Assembly (NCBI GenBank): GCA_016928995.1
Contig: JAFGJS010000054.1
Coordinates: forward strand, 86,536-150,535
Direction of reading: 5' to 3'
DNA from: Candidatus Sumerlaeota bacterium
Lineage (GTDB): Bacteria > Sumerlaeota > Sumerlaeia > JAFGJS01
Length of the DNA: 64,000 nucleotides
In this document: positions 1-10,059 of the stretch, piece by piece
Layout: the number at the start of each line of letters is the position of its first letter
Numbering within the stretch: position 1 is the first letter of the stretch
Made by a program: the position numbers and the translations under genes
Notes under the pieces: model-generated
Database searches by the model: none
Told to the model about the DNA's origin: nothing
Seen by the model: only the letters and a program-made list of their open reading frames with translations

Positions 1-591
1 CTGAGTTATAGAAATAGCAATCTTCAACATTCACCGGGCATTGGGAGCGAACAATAATGCACCGAGAGTAATCGCCCGCCGCGCTGTATGTATCGCCAAT
101 ATTTAGTCTTTTTCCGTTGAAATTTTCGATTCGAGTGACATAGATGGTGTCGTCACAACCACTGAATTTTCAATCTTCCACAGTCACAACGGAAGATTGC
201 AGCCTCATGCCTTGACTGAAGCCATCGATAAAAAATCCACGGATTTTCAAAGAATTTTGATACAGGATCGAGACGCCTGTTCCTGCGGTTTGCATTGTGG
301 GATCATCGAAATTTTTTCGTTTTTTTCGAGGCTCCAGCCAACCACTATTAAATCACCACAAAGACACGATGGCACAAGAAACCGAATTTAAAATTATGTA
401 AATGCCATTATTTATACTTTGTGCGCTTTATGTGTTCATTGCAAAACATCGGTTTTTGCAGCTCCCTTCAGTTTAATGGTTGTCTTTATCTTTATTGGCT
501 TGAATCGCGTTGCCATTCGTTTGTTGAATTATTGCTTGAAATGTGCAAAAAAGGCAATTATATATTATGTATAAAATAATATGTTATATCT

Positions 592-933
592 ATGTTTATC
601 CAACGTGAAATTCTTAAAGGGATTATGCCGCTGATCGTTCTGTCGGTTTTACGCCGGGAACCGATGCATGGCTATGCTTTGCTGGTTGAACTGGAGCGAG
701 ATTACGGTCAGATGCTTCGGCTGGGCGCCGGGACGCTTTATCCGTTGCTTAAACGGTTGGAGCGGCGAGGTTTGCTGGAAAGCCATGAAGCTGATGAATC
801 GTCTGGGAGAAGCCGGAGAATCTATAGCATCACGGCTGCCGGAGTGGCGTATTTCAAGGAAAACCGGCTTCAGATCCGCGCGCTAGCCGGTGTATTGCGT
901 CAGGCTCTGGGTAAAAAATGGTTGCGGGGATAA
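592..933 (+). CDS. PadR family transcriptional regulator
   Basis: 113 aa. It has a winged-helix PadR signature (GYALLVELERDYG...GTLYPLLKRLERRGLLES). An AT-rich promoter-like region lies upstream. Confidence 0.75.
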   Translation: MFIQREILKGIMPLIVLSVLRREPMHGYALLVELERDYGQMLRLGAGTLYPLLKRLERRGLLESHEADESSGRSRRIYSITAAGVAYFKENRLQIRALAGVLRQALGKKWLRG

Positions 934-1084
934 GGGAAAAAACACGCAAAACCGATAGGGCATTTCTCGAGAAAAGTTACGGCGATTTGGCCAACGGCCA
1001 CAGCCGAGAGCGGCAGTAGCGTTAGAGGTATGAAGCGCACAAAGCGCCTTTGGCGCTGATGAAGGTGAAGTTAAGAGAAATAAA

Positions 1085-1380
1085 ATCTATAACGCTAATG
1101 TCGTCCTCGGCTATGCCACATCTCAGGGGATGCGGATAAAACTATCGAGAAATGTATAGAACGACTCTTGCCCTGTCGAAAACCTTGAAAAATTGCACTC
1201 AACCTCGTTCTCGTCCTCGTTCTCGAAAATCAGTTCCAAATGAGAGAGATAGCGATCGAATCGATTACGAGTACGAGTGCCGCTACGCTGAGTACGAGTA
1301 CGAAAAAGGTTTTCAATAGAGCTAATGTCTCTCAAGAGTTCTTGCCACATTCAAGGGATGCGGCAATAAAGTTCGAGAGA
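1085..1380. repeat. interspersed composite repeat element (copy in padR-aroA spacer, reverse orientation)
   Basis: Contains CCTCGTTCTCGTCCTCGTTCTCG and GATTACGAGTACGAGTGCCGCTACGCTGAGTACGAGTACG modules. Their reverse complements recur at 4380-4440 and 11500-11620. Confidence 0.55.
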
Positions 1381-1383
1381 CGT

Positions 1384-2667
1384 TTACTCGGAGAGCTGAA
1401 TCCTGGCGCCCAGGGCTTGCATCTTTTCGACGAAGCCGGGGAAGGTGACGGCGACGGATTCGGCGGTGTCGATCTCGGTGCGTCCTTCCGCGGCCATGCC
1501 GGCCAGGGCCAGCGACATGACGACGCGGTGGTCATGATGTCCGTTGAGCTTGGCGCCGCGCAGGGAGCCGCCCTGTACGATCAGGCCGTCTTCAAGCTCC
1601 TCGATTCGCGCGCCCATTTTGGTCAGTTCGGCGTTCATCACGGCCAGGCGGTCGGTCTCCTTGACGCGGGCTTGAGGGACGTTGAGCAGGCGCGTTTCGC
1701 CTTCGGCCAGCGCGGCAGCCACAGCCATGGCGGGCAGGGCGTCGGGGGTGGCGTTCAGGTCGAGCTCGCAGCCGCGCAGCTCGGCTCGTTTCACGGCGAT
1801 CGATCCGGCTTCGGGCTTCACATTGACGGCAGCGCCGAATTGCTGCACGTAATCGACGACGGCTTTGTCGCCCTGTGAGTCTTCCATGTCCAATCCGCGC
1901 AGTTCGATCTCGGCATCGAGCGCGGCGCCGGCGGCGAGGAAGAAGGTGGCCGTGGAAAAGTCGCCGGGCACGCGGCGCTCAAAGGCTTTGTAGGACTGGC
2001 GTCCGGGGATATGGAAGCGCTTCATCGCTTCGTCGTGCTCGTAGCGGATGCCGAGGTAATCGAGCCAGTCGAGGGTCATGCGCACATAGGGCGCTTCGTT
2101 GAGCAGGGGGACGTCGATGTTGGAGCCGCCCTGCGCCAAGGGGCAGTTGATCAGCAGGCTGGTGAGCCATTGCGATGTGATCGCTTCCAGTGATGTGCGT
2201 CCGCCTTTCAGCGGGCCTTGGATCACAAGCGGGCAGCAGTCGTTGCCGCGCGTGCTGAAGGCCTCGGCGCCAAGGTCATTCAGGCATTTGAGCAGGCGGT
2301 CGGCGGGCCGGCGGCGGATGGATGCGTCGCCGGTCAGCACGGTCCAGCCGTGGATCAAGGCGGCCGTGCTCATCACGATATACAGCGTGGTGCCGGAGTT
2401 CATAACGTCGATGACGTTTTCGGGGGCGGCGAGTTTTCCGCCGGCGCCTTTGACGCGCCAGTCGCCGCCGGGCGTGATAGCGAATTCCGCGCCTAAGGCC
2501 TGGCATGCGCCAACGGCGGCTTGGGTGTCCAGCGAATCAAGCGGCGATCGCACGGTGCTCTCGCCTTCGGCGAGCGTGGCGAACACGGCCGCCCGGACGG
2601 AATGTGATTTGCTGGCGGGGATTTCGACCGCTCCGCGCAACTGCGATTTTTCGACGATTAGTTTCAT
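1384..2667 (-). CDS. aroA: 3-phosphoshikimate 1-carboxyvinyltransferase (EPSP synthase)
   Basis: 427 aa. The N-terminal KSHSVRA motif and length are typical of AroA. Confidence 0.9.
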   Translation of the reverse strand: MKLIVEKSQLRGAVEIPASKSHSVRAAVFATLAEGESTVRSPLDSLDTQAAVGACQALGAEFAITPGGDWRVKGAGGKLAAPENVIDVMNSGTTLYIVMSTAALIHGWTVLTGDASIRRRPADRLLKCLNDLGAEAFSTRGNDCCPLVIQGPLKGGRTSLEAITSQWLTSLLINCPLAQGGSNIDVPLLNEAPYVRMTLDWLDYLGIRYEHDEAMKRFHIPGRQSYKAFERRVPGDFSTATFFLAAGAALDAEIELRGLDMEDSQGDKAVVDYVQQFGAAVNVKPEAGSIAVKRAELRGCELDLNATPDALPAMAVAAALAEGETRLLNVPQARVKETDRLAVMNAELTKMGARIEELEDGLIVQGGSLRGAKLNGHHDHRVVMSLALAGMAAEGRTEIDTAESVAVTFPGFVEKMQALGARIQLSE

Positions 2668-2758
2668 GCGCTGATATAACTCCGAATATTTGCATTACGA
2701 TATGAAACTTATTTCACGCAAAGCCGCGAAGAACGCAAAGAAAAAATGAAGTCATTTT

Positions 2759-4123
2759 TCATGAAGCATCTCGGCAGAGATCTATCGCAAGGCGCTGTCC
2801 GGCTTGGAGGCGGTCGGGGATGGAGATGCCGTCGATGTAATTGCCGATGATGCGGATGCCAGGGGGCAACGACTCACATGCGGCGCGGAGGCGTTCGCGA
2901 TGTCCGACGCGGAAAACCGGAAGCGCACGTTCCCAGCGCGTGAGGTTGAAGAGGGCGAAATCGCCGCCGGCGTAGCCCATGGTCTTCTCCAGGTCGCGGC
3001 GCACGTGATCGAGCACTTCGGCGTCGCTCCATTCGACGGCCGAGGGATCCTTTTCGCCGCCGTAAAAGCAGGTGAGGAGGCGATGGCCTTCCGGGGCGAA
3101 GCAGGGGAAGATCCGGTCGGTCCAGATCACGCCCAGCGCGCGGATGCCTTCATCGGCGACGGCGAGGAAGCCGAAGCCTTTGTCGCGATTGCGGAGCTGC
3201 TCTTCGCGCAGGCCGACGTGGACGATGTTCAGGCGGGCGTACTCGACTTCCGCGAAGGCTTGGGCGGCCTGCGGATAGCCGGTCAGAAGGAATTCCGCCA
3301 GCGTCCAGGCGGGCAGGGCCAGCGCAAGGCTGCCGGTGAAGATGCGTTCGCCGTCGCCGAGGCGCAAGGCGATTTCGCTTTCCGTGCCGCCGCTGAGCCG
3401 GGCTTCGGTGTTGAGCAGCAGCTCGCCGCCGCGCTCCAGGAATTTCATGGTAAGCTGCTGGGCCAATTGGCTCAGCCCCTGGTCGAAGGAGACCAGGCCC
3501 TTGGGCGTTTTTTTCTTCGAGGTTCTGGGTGCGCGCATGGCCTTCAGGCCTTTGATCAGGCTGCCGTGCGCCTGGATGCCATCGTAGAGTTTGGGCAGCG
3601 TGGCGGAGAAACTGACCCGGTCGGCGTCGGCGGCGTAGATGCCGGCGAGCATCGGCTTGAGCAGGCGGTCCACGGGCAGGCCGCCGATGAGCTGGCGGAA
3701 GAACTTGCCGATTTCAAGGTCTTGCTGCGGCGCGATTCCTTTTTTGATCGCGGCGCGGAAGAGTTTGAGTTTCATGCCGAACGGCAGGATTTCGGAAAAC
3801 ATAAAGGCGAACGGCGAAATGGGCGCCTTGTGCAGCGCTCCGCCGTACCAGATGAAGCGGTCGTAATCGCGCAGCCGTTCGTGACGCGTTGCGTCCTCGA
3901 GTCCGAGTTCGCGGATCAGCTCCATCGCCAACGGCGAGGAGACGAAGCTGTTCGGTCCGTCTTCGAGGAGAAAACCGTTTTGCCAGCGGCTGTGTATCAC
4001 GCCGCCGGTGCGCGGGGCTTTTTCGATCAGCAGCGTTTTTTGGCCAGCCTTGGCGAGATGATAGGCGACGCTGAGGCCGCTGATACCGCTGCCGAGAACT
4101 GTCGCGTCGTATTTGCCAGTCAT
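2759..4123 (-). CDS. FAD-dependent protoporphyrinogen/coproporphyrinogen III oxidase (HemY family)
   Basis: ~455 aa. Rossmann dinucleotide motif VLGSGISGLSVAYHL, then ...R.GG.i.s....G...EDGPNSF as in HemY/PPO. The ORF-track start is TTG at 4207; the internal ATG (Met29) at ~4123 is more plausible. Confidence 0.6.
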   Translation of the reverse strand: MTGKYDATVLGSGISGLSVAYHLAKAGQKTLLIEKAPRTGGVIHSRWQNGFLLEDGPNSFVSSPLAMELIRELGLEDATRHERLRDYDRFIWYGGALHKAPISPFAFMFSEILPFGMKLKLFRAAIKKGIAPQQDLEIGKFFRQLIGGLPVDRLLKPMLAGIYAADADRVSFSATLPKLYDGIQAHGSLIKGLKAMRAPRTSKKKTPKGLVSFDQGLSQLAQQLTMKFLERGGELLLNTEARLSGGTESEIALRLGDGERIFTGSLALALPAWTLAEFLLTGYPQAAQAFAEVEYARLNIVHVGLREEQLRNRDKGFGFLAVADEGIRALGVIWTDRIFPCFAPEGHRLLTCFYGGEKDPSAVEWSDAEVLDHVRRDLEKTMGYAGGDFALFNLTRWERALPVFRVGHRERLRAACESLPPGIRIIGNYIDGISIPDRLQAGQRLAIDLCRDAS

Positions 4124-4194
4124 GGAGCCGTCCTTGATGCGAGATGCGCCGGGCGACGGTTTTTTTCCGGCGGTTATATATGAACTCGTTTTTT

Positions 4195-4445
4195 GGGATA
4201 GGATCAACAGGATTATTGGGATTCGGGTTGGTTTTTCTGATGGCGCAGGCGTTATTTGTTGATGGCTGCTTTATGGTTCACCACAGGACACAGAGAAGCA
4301 ATACTGTTTCTGCAGTAATTACCATCATTAAATTCTCCGCGCGCTCCGTGTCTCTGTGCGAGAACCGGAATTTTAAGGGTTCTCCGAGAACGAGAACGAG
4401 GACGAGAACGAGTGTGATTACCAAAGGTTTTCAACAAGGAAAGGT
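4195..4445. repeat. interspersed composite repeat element (hemY-mnmG spacer)
   Basis: TTCACCACAGGACACAGAGAAG ... CTCCGTGTCTCTGTGCGAGAACC inverted termini plus the GAGAACGAGAACGAGGACGAGAACGAG module. Confidence 0.55.
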
Positions 4446-4450
4446 CGCTT

Positions 4451-6337
4451 TTATAACGATTCTGGCGAACGCAGGGCGTTGCGGCGTTTGAGGAAAATCA
4501 GCAGCACGGAGATGTCCGCCGGATTCACGCCGGGGATGCGTCCGGCCTGGCCGATGCTGACCGGCCGCACGGCGTTCAATTTTTCCCTAGCCTCGTTGGT
4601 CAGACCGCGCACTTCGGCATAATCGATCCAGTCCGGTATCGGCTGACTCTCCAGCGCGGCATGACGGTCGATCTCCGCCTGCTGCCGGGCGATGTAGCCC
4701 GCATAGCGAATTTGAATCTCGATCTGACGCCGCGCGCGCGGCTCGATCTCCCCGGAGCCTAGCCCTAGTTCAATCAGCGCCTCATAGGTCATGTCCGGAC
4801 GGGCGAGGAGTTGCGCGATGGCGCCGCTGTTCTCCAGGTTTTTCAGTTCAAGGCGCGCCAGCGTGTCCCGGTCCAGCTCGCTCGGGCGCACAATCGTGGT
4901 CCGCAGGCGTTGCGTTTCGCCTTCGACCTGCTCACGATGGCGTTGGAAACGGGCGTACTGCTCCTCTTCGAGCAGCCCCAGACGCCGTCCATCTTCGCAA
5001 AGCCGCAAGTCCGCGTTGTCGCAACGCAGCAGCAGACGATATTCCGCGCGCGCCGTGAACATGCGATACGGCTCGCGATGTTCCTTGGTGATCAGATCGT
5101 CGATCATCACGCCGAGGTAGGCCTCATTGCGCTTGAGCACGAACGGCTCTTCGCCGCGTAGCGTCAGCACGGCGTTGATCGCCGCATGCAAACCCTGTCC
5201 CGCCGCTTCTTCGTAGCCCGTGGTCGCGTTGATCTGCCCGGCCAGATAGAGTCCAGGCACGGTCTTGGTCTCGAAGGTCGGTTTGAGCTGGATCGGCGGA
5301 ACATAGGTGTATTCCACGGCATAGCCGTAGCGGAGGAACCGCGCGTTTTCCAGTCCGTGGATCGAACGCACGTAGCGCTCCTGCACCTCGCGCGGCAGAC
5401 TCGTGCTGATGCCGTTGGGGTAGACCGAACCGGCGTTGCGGCCTTCCGGTTCGAGGAAAATCTGATGCCGTTCCTTGTCCTTGAAGCGCACACATTTGTC
5501 CTCGATGCTGGGACAATAGCGCGGTCCCACGCCTTCGATCTTGCCGGTGAAGAGCGGCGATTGGTCCAGGCTGCCCAAGATGATTTCATGTGTGCGGGCG
5601 TTGGTGTGCGTGATGTGGCAGGGAACCTGCTCGACGTCGATGCGATCCGTGCGGAAGGAAAACGGAACCGGCTCCGGGTCGCCGTGCTGAACTTCGCAAA
5701 CGGAATAGTCGATGGAATCGCGATGCAACCGCGCGGGTGTGCCGGTTTTCAACCGGCGGATTTCCAGGCCGGCCTCGCGCAAACTTTCGCCCAGGCCGAT
5801 GGCGGCCGGTTCGTCGATGCGCCCGCCCTGCACGGATTCCATGCCGAAATGCAGCTTGCCGTCGAGGAACGTGCCCGTGGTGAGGATGACGGCGCGCGCC
5901 TTGAGCGATTCGCCGGTTTTCAGCCGTACGCCGGTGGCGCGGCAGCTCTCGATGATCAGGCCGGTCGCTTCGCCCTGCGCCACGGTCAGATTCGGCCAAC
6001 GGCGCAGATAAGCCTGCACCCAGCGCTCGTAGTCCCATTTGTCCGATTGGCAACGCGGCGCCTGCACCGCCGGACCTTTGCGTGTGTTGAGCTGCCGGAA
6101 TTGAATGCCCGTCGCATCGGCGGCCATGCCCATCATTCCGCCTAACGCGTCCAGTTCCAGCACAATCTGGCTTTTGCCTAATCCGCCGATGGCGGGATTG
6201 CACGACATGCGCGCGATCGCGTCCACGTCGAGCGTCAGCAATAGCGTCTGGCAGCCCATACGCGCCGCCGCCGCAGCAGCCTCGGCGCCGGCATGGCCTC
6301 CGCCGACAACGATAATTTCGTAGCGATCCGCGAACAT
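4451..6337 (-). CDS. mnmG: tRNA uridine 5-carboxymethylaminomethyl modification enzyme MnmG (GidA)
   Basis: ~628 aa. FAD motif YEIIVVGGGHAGAEAA and full-length similarity to MnmG. The ORF-track start is GTG at 6367; the ATG at Met11 is preferred. Confidence 0.9.
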   Translation of the reverse strand: MFADRYEIIVVGGGHAGAEAAAAAARMGCQTLLLTLDVDAIARMSCNPAIGGLGKSQIVLELDALGGMMGMAADATGIQFRQLNTRKGPAVQAPRCQSDKWDYERWVQAYLRRWPNLTVAQGEATGLIIESCRATGVRLKTGESLKARAVILTTGTFLDGKLHFGMESVQGGRIDEPAAIGLGESLREAGLEIRRLKTGTPARLHRDSIDYSVCEVQHGDPEPVPFSFRTDRIDVEQVPCHITHTNARTHEIILGSLDQSPLFTGKIEGVGPRYCPSIEDKCVRFKDKERHQIFLEPEGRNAGSVYPNGISTSLPREVQERYVRSIHGLENARFLRYGYAVEYTYVPPIQLKPTFETKTVPGLYLAGQINATTGYEEAAGQGLHAAINAVLTLRGEEPFVLKRNEAYLGVMIDDLITKEHREPYRMFTARAEYRLLLRCDNADLRLCEDGRRLGLLEEEQYARFQRHREQVEGETQRLRTTIVRPSELDRDTLARLELKNLENSGAIAQLLARPDMTYEALIELGLGSGEIEPRARRQIEIQIRYAGYIARQQAEIDRHAALESQPIPDWIDYAEVRGLTNEAREKLNAVRPVSIGQAGRIPGVNPADISVLLIFLKRRNALRSPESL

Positions 6338-6889
6338 GACTCTTTCAATACGTCTCGAGTTAATCACTCATGCTTCACGCGGCGTGTTTCTTTGGACTGC
6401 GCAGGCCATGCCGGCGCCTTGAAACACGAAATGAGATTGCCAGATATCTTTGCTTAGCCGCTTCGCAAAGGCGGCCGCATGGCCGCCGCAGTCCAAGGAA
6501 TCGCGCAACACCAGCTGGTAAGCGGCAGAGTGTAATCGGCTCCGGCGCAGGATGCAATGATATTTGCCGGTTGAAACGACGTGGATGAAGGAGTTTTCAT
6601 CAATGCCCATCGGGATCGGGATCGCTATCGCAATCGGGATCGAAACGGATATTGAGAGAAGAAAATGAAGCAACAAACGCTTGCGATCCCGATGATGATT
6701 AGCGCGGCCTAAACAACTGTAAATTCGAGAGATATACATTTTCATGTGCATGTAACTTTTCCTTCTCATTTGCCTGATCGGTGGCAATAAAAAAGCAACC
6801 AGCATCTTTTTTTTGCTTGCAATGTCAGGTTTCGGGGCTAAAATGGGACTAAAAAAGTACTGATTGTTGCGAGCGGAGCGTTTTGATTT

Positions 6890-7354
6890 ATGTTTCGGAT
6901 GACTAAATTCACTGGTTACGGGGTTGTGCTGCTCATGCATATGGCGCGGCAACCCGATGATGAAACACATAGCGTGACGGAACTGGCCAACGAAGCTTAT
7001 TTGCCGTTGCCCATGGCGCAAAAGGTGCTTAAACGACTGGCGCGAAAGGGTTTGGTCGAGTCGCAGCGCGGCGTAAACGGCGGTTATCGGCTGGCCCGGC
7101 CGGCGGATCGGATCACCGCCCTCGACATCATCGACGCTCTGGAAGGCGCTGTGGCGTTGACGCAATGTGCCGCTGAGCTGGATCTTGGCTCGAAACACGA
7201 TCGCTGCGAGCGCGAGGCGTATTGCGCCGCGAGTCATGCGTGGCAGGAAATCAATCTTATCGTTCAGAACGCGCTGCGCAATGTATCGCTCCGCGATATG
7301 GTTGCGCTGGAATGGGAGAAAAGCGGCCTGCGGATCACTATATCTGGAGAATAA
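6890..7354 (+). CDS. Rrf2 family transcriptional regulator (IscR/SufR-like), upstream of suf operon
   Basis: 154 aa. Rrf2 HTH (ELANEAYLPLPMAQKVLKRLARKGLVESQRGVNGGYRLARP). Cys residues in LTQCA...DRCEREAYC are available for an Fe-S cluster. Sits immediately 5' of sufB. Confidence 0.8.
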   Translation: MFRMTKFTGYGVVLLMHMARQPDDETHSVTELANEAYLPLPMAQKVLKRLARKGLVESQRGVNGGYRLARPADRITALDIIDALEGAVALTQCAAELDLGSKHDRCEREAYCAASHAWQEINLIVQNALRNVSLRDMVALEWEKSGLRITISGE

Positions 7355-7361
7355 CATTTTT

Positions 7362-7405
7362 TTGAGTGAGATTAAGAGCAAGAGCGAGAGCAAGAGTTTA
7401 CACAC
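7362..7405. repeat. AGAGCAAGAGCGAGAGCAAGAG hexamer-periodic repeat (rrf2-sufB spacer)
   Basis: Same motif family as 32283-32432 and 55335-55420. Confidence 0.5.
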
Positions 7406-7435
7406 GAGCAAATTTCATCCGAGGGAATCGTTACT

Positions 7436-8887
7436 ATGGGCAAGGATGACGCCAAAATTTTAGAAGACGCGGCAGGCGGCGAATATAAATGGGGGTTCGT
7501 GACGGATATCGAGTCGGACACGTTTCCGCCGGGGCTGAATGAGGACGTGGTTCGGGCGCTTTCGGCCAAGAAAAAGGAGCCGGAGTGGCTGACCGAATGG
7601 CGGCTCAAGGCGCTGCGGCATTGGCAAACGCTGACCGAACCGAAGTGGGGCTTCGTGAATTATCCTGAAATCGACTATCAGGCGATCAGTTATTATTCCG
7701 CGCCAAAATCGGAAAAAGACGGCCCCAAGAGCCTGGACGACATCGATCCGAAACTCCGCGAGACTTACGAGAAACTCGGCATTCCGCTGGAAGAGCAGTT
7801 GAAGTTGGCCGGGGTGGCCGTGGACGCGGTGTTCGACAGCGTGTCAGTGGCCACGACGTTCAAAAAGGAATTGGAAAAGCGCGGCATCATCTTCTGCTCA
7901 TTCAGCGAGGCGGTGCAGCGGCACCCCGAACTGGTGCGGAAGTACCTGGGCAGCGTGGTGCCGATGACGGACAACTACTTCGCCGCGCTGAATTCGGCGG
8001 TGTTCTCCGATGGATCGTTCTGCTACGTGCCGAAGGGCGTGCGTTGCCCGATGGAGCTCAGCACGTACTTCCGCATCAACGCGGCCATGACCGGACAGTT
8101 CGAGCGCACGCTGTTGATCGCCGACGAAGACGCGTACGTGAGCTATCTCGAAGGTTGCACGGCGCCGATGCGCGACGAGAACCAGCTGCACGCCGCCGTG
8201 GTGGAACTCATCGCGATGGACAACGCGGAGATCAAGTACAGCACGGTGCAGAACTGGTATCCGGGCGACGACGACGGCAAGGGCGGCATCTATAATTTCG
8301 TCACCAAGCGCGCGCTTTGCGCGGGCGTGAACAGCAAAATCAGCTGGACGCAAGTGGAGACCGGTTCGCTGATCACGTGGAAATATCCCTCGTGCATCCT
8401 GAAGGGCGACGGCTCCAGCGGCGAGTTTTACAGCGTGGCGCTCTCCAGCAAGAAGCAGCAGGCCGACACCGGTTCGAAGATGATCCACATCGGCAAAAAC
8501 ACCAAGAGCACGATCATCAGCAAGGGCATCAGCGCGAAAAACGGCAACAACACGTATCGCGGGCTGGTGCAGATCGGCAAGAACGCGGAAAACGCGCGAA
8601 ACTACAGCCAGTGCGACTCGATGTTGATGGGCGATCAGTGCGGCGCGCACACCTTCCCGTACATCGACGTGCGCAACCGGTCGGCGAAGATGGAGCATGA
8701 AGCGAGCACCAGCAAGATCGGCGAGGATCAGATTTTTTATTGTCAGCAGCGCGGCATCAAGGAAGAGGACGCGATCAACATGATCGTCAACGGCTTCTGT
8801 AAGGAAGTCTTCAACGAGCTGCCGATGGAGTTCGCCGTGGAAGCGCAGAAACTGCTGGCGATCAGTCTCGAAGGCAGCGTGGGATGA
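7436..8887 (+). CDS. sufB: Fe-S cluster assembly protein SufB
   Basis: 483 aa. Full-length SufB, including the C-terminal ...[13 protein letters not shown]... region. Confidence 0.9.
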   Translation: MGKDDAKILEDAAGGEYKWGFVTDIESDTFPPGLNEDVVRALSAKKKEPEWLTEWRLKALRHWQTLTEPKWGFVNYPEIDYQAISYYSAPKSEKDGPKSLDDIDPKLRETYEKLGIPLEEQLKLAGVAVDAVFDSVSVATTFKKELEKRGIIFCSFSEAVQRHPELVRKYLGSVVPMTDNYFAALNSAVFSDGSFCYVPKGVRCPMELSTYFRINAAMTGQFERTLLIADEDAYVSYLEGCTAPMRDENQLHAAVVELIAMDNAEIKYSTVQNWYPGDDDGKGGIYNFVTKRALCAGVNSKISWTQVETGSLITWKYPSCILKGDGSSGEFYSVALSSKKQQADTGSKMIHIGKNTKSTIISKGISAKNGNNTYRGLVQIGKNAENARNYSQCDSMLMGDQCGAHTFPYIDVRNRSAKMEHEASTSKIGEDQIFYCQQRGIKEEDAINMIVNGFCKEVFNELPMEFAVEAQKLLAISLEGSVG

Positions 8888-8904
8888 GTAGTAAATTCAG
8901 GAGC

Positions 8905-8998
8905 AAAATAATTCACCACAGAGCGCACAGAGGGCACAGAGAACGAATGATATACGGAATAAACACGATTGCTTAATCTCTGCGCCACTGCGTCTCTG
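8905..8998. repeat. short TIR-bounded MITE-like element (sufB-sufC spacer)
   Basis: TTCACCACAGAGCGCACAGAGGGCACAGAG ... CTCTGCGCCACTGCGTCTCTGCGTGAA imperfect terminal inverted repeats. Confidence 0.55.
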
Positions 8999-9071
8999 CG
9001 TGAATATTGCAGTTCTATTAAGTTCTGAAATATTGAAATATCGCACTACTTTTAATACGGAGCATATCAAC

Positions 9072-9836
<765 letters not shown>

Positions 9837-9888
9837 CCGCGATTAAATGCAAAGGCGCAAGGGCGCGAAGGCGCAAGTAAATATAAAA

Positions 9889-10005
9889 GGAGATATGGGG
9901 ATGTTGGGGATGTGGAGATAAAAAATTTGCGGTTGGTGATAGTTGGAGAACTTGAAGCTAGTTCTATTGTTTATCTCCAATATCCCCTGTATCCCCCTAT
10001 CTCCT
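9889..10005. repeat. short TIR-bounded element (sufC-sufD spacer)
   Basis: GGAGATATGGGGATGTTGGGGATGTGGAGAT ... ATCTCCAATATCCCCTGTATCCCCCTATCTCC inverted arms. The GCGCAAGG direct repeats lie upstream of the element. Confidence 0.5.
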
Positions 10006-10059
10006 TTATCCAGCTGTGCTGCGTCGTTGCACAAAGCAATAAATAAAAGGTTAAACGAA

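Noticed and set aside
1123-1350. Small ORFs 1123-1350 (-), 4252-4437 (-), 11303-11644 (-) with RSRSRPRSR-type translations
   Set aside because: They lie entirely inside interspersed repeat copies. The peptide repeats simply reflect the 6-nt-periodic DNA modules, so they are not considered genes.
2804-4183. Long antisense ORFs inside well-supported genes (2804-4183 +, 5186-6145 +, 7898-8698 -, 10063-11349 -, 11886-12761 -, 13517-14656 +, 17032-18237 -, 19505-21064 -, 23617-24279 +, 25682-26872 -, 29595-30848 +, 31055-32146 +, 32905-34122 -, 36371-37300 -, 37372-38091 -, 38109-39554 -, 39693-40412 -, 43463-44827 +, 45145-46623 +, 58292-59431 -, 59600-60718 -, 61779-63710 -)
   Set aside because: These are typical stop-codon-poor shadow frames of high-GC DNA. 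Each is antisense to a gene with strong family-level motif evidence. Their Arg/Ala/Gly-rich translations lack any domain signature.
6603-6645. GGGATCG hexamer array as a protein-coding or CRISPR-like feature
   Set aside because: It is a short degenerate microsatellite-like tract in a divergent promoter region. It has no flanking structure, and is treated as part of the periodic-repeat observation only.
6368-7411. 347-aa minus-strand ORF ([16 protein letters not shown]...)
   Set aside because: Low-complexity translation of the AT-rich/repeat spacer. It overlaps the well-supported Rrf2 regulator on the other strand and the divergent promoter region, and has no motif support.
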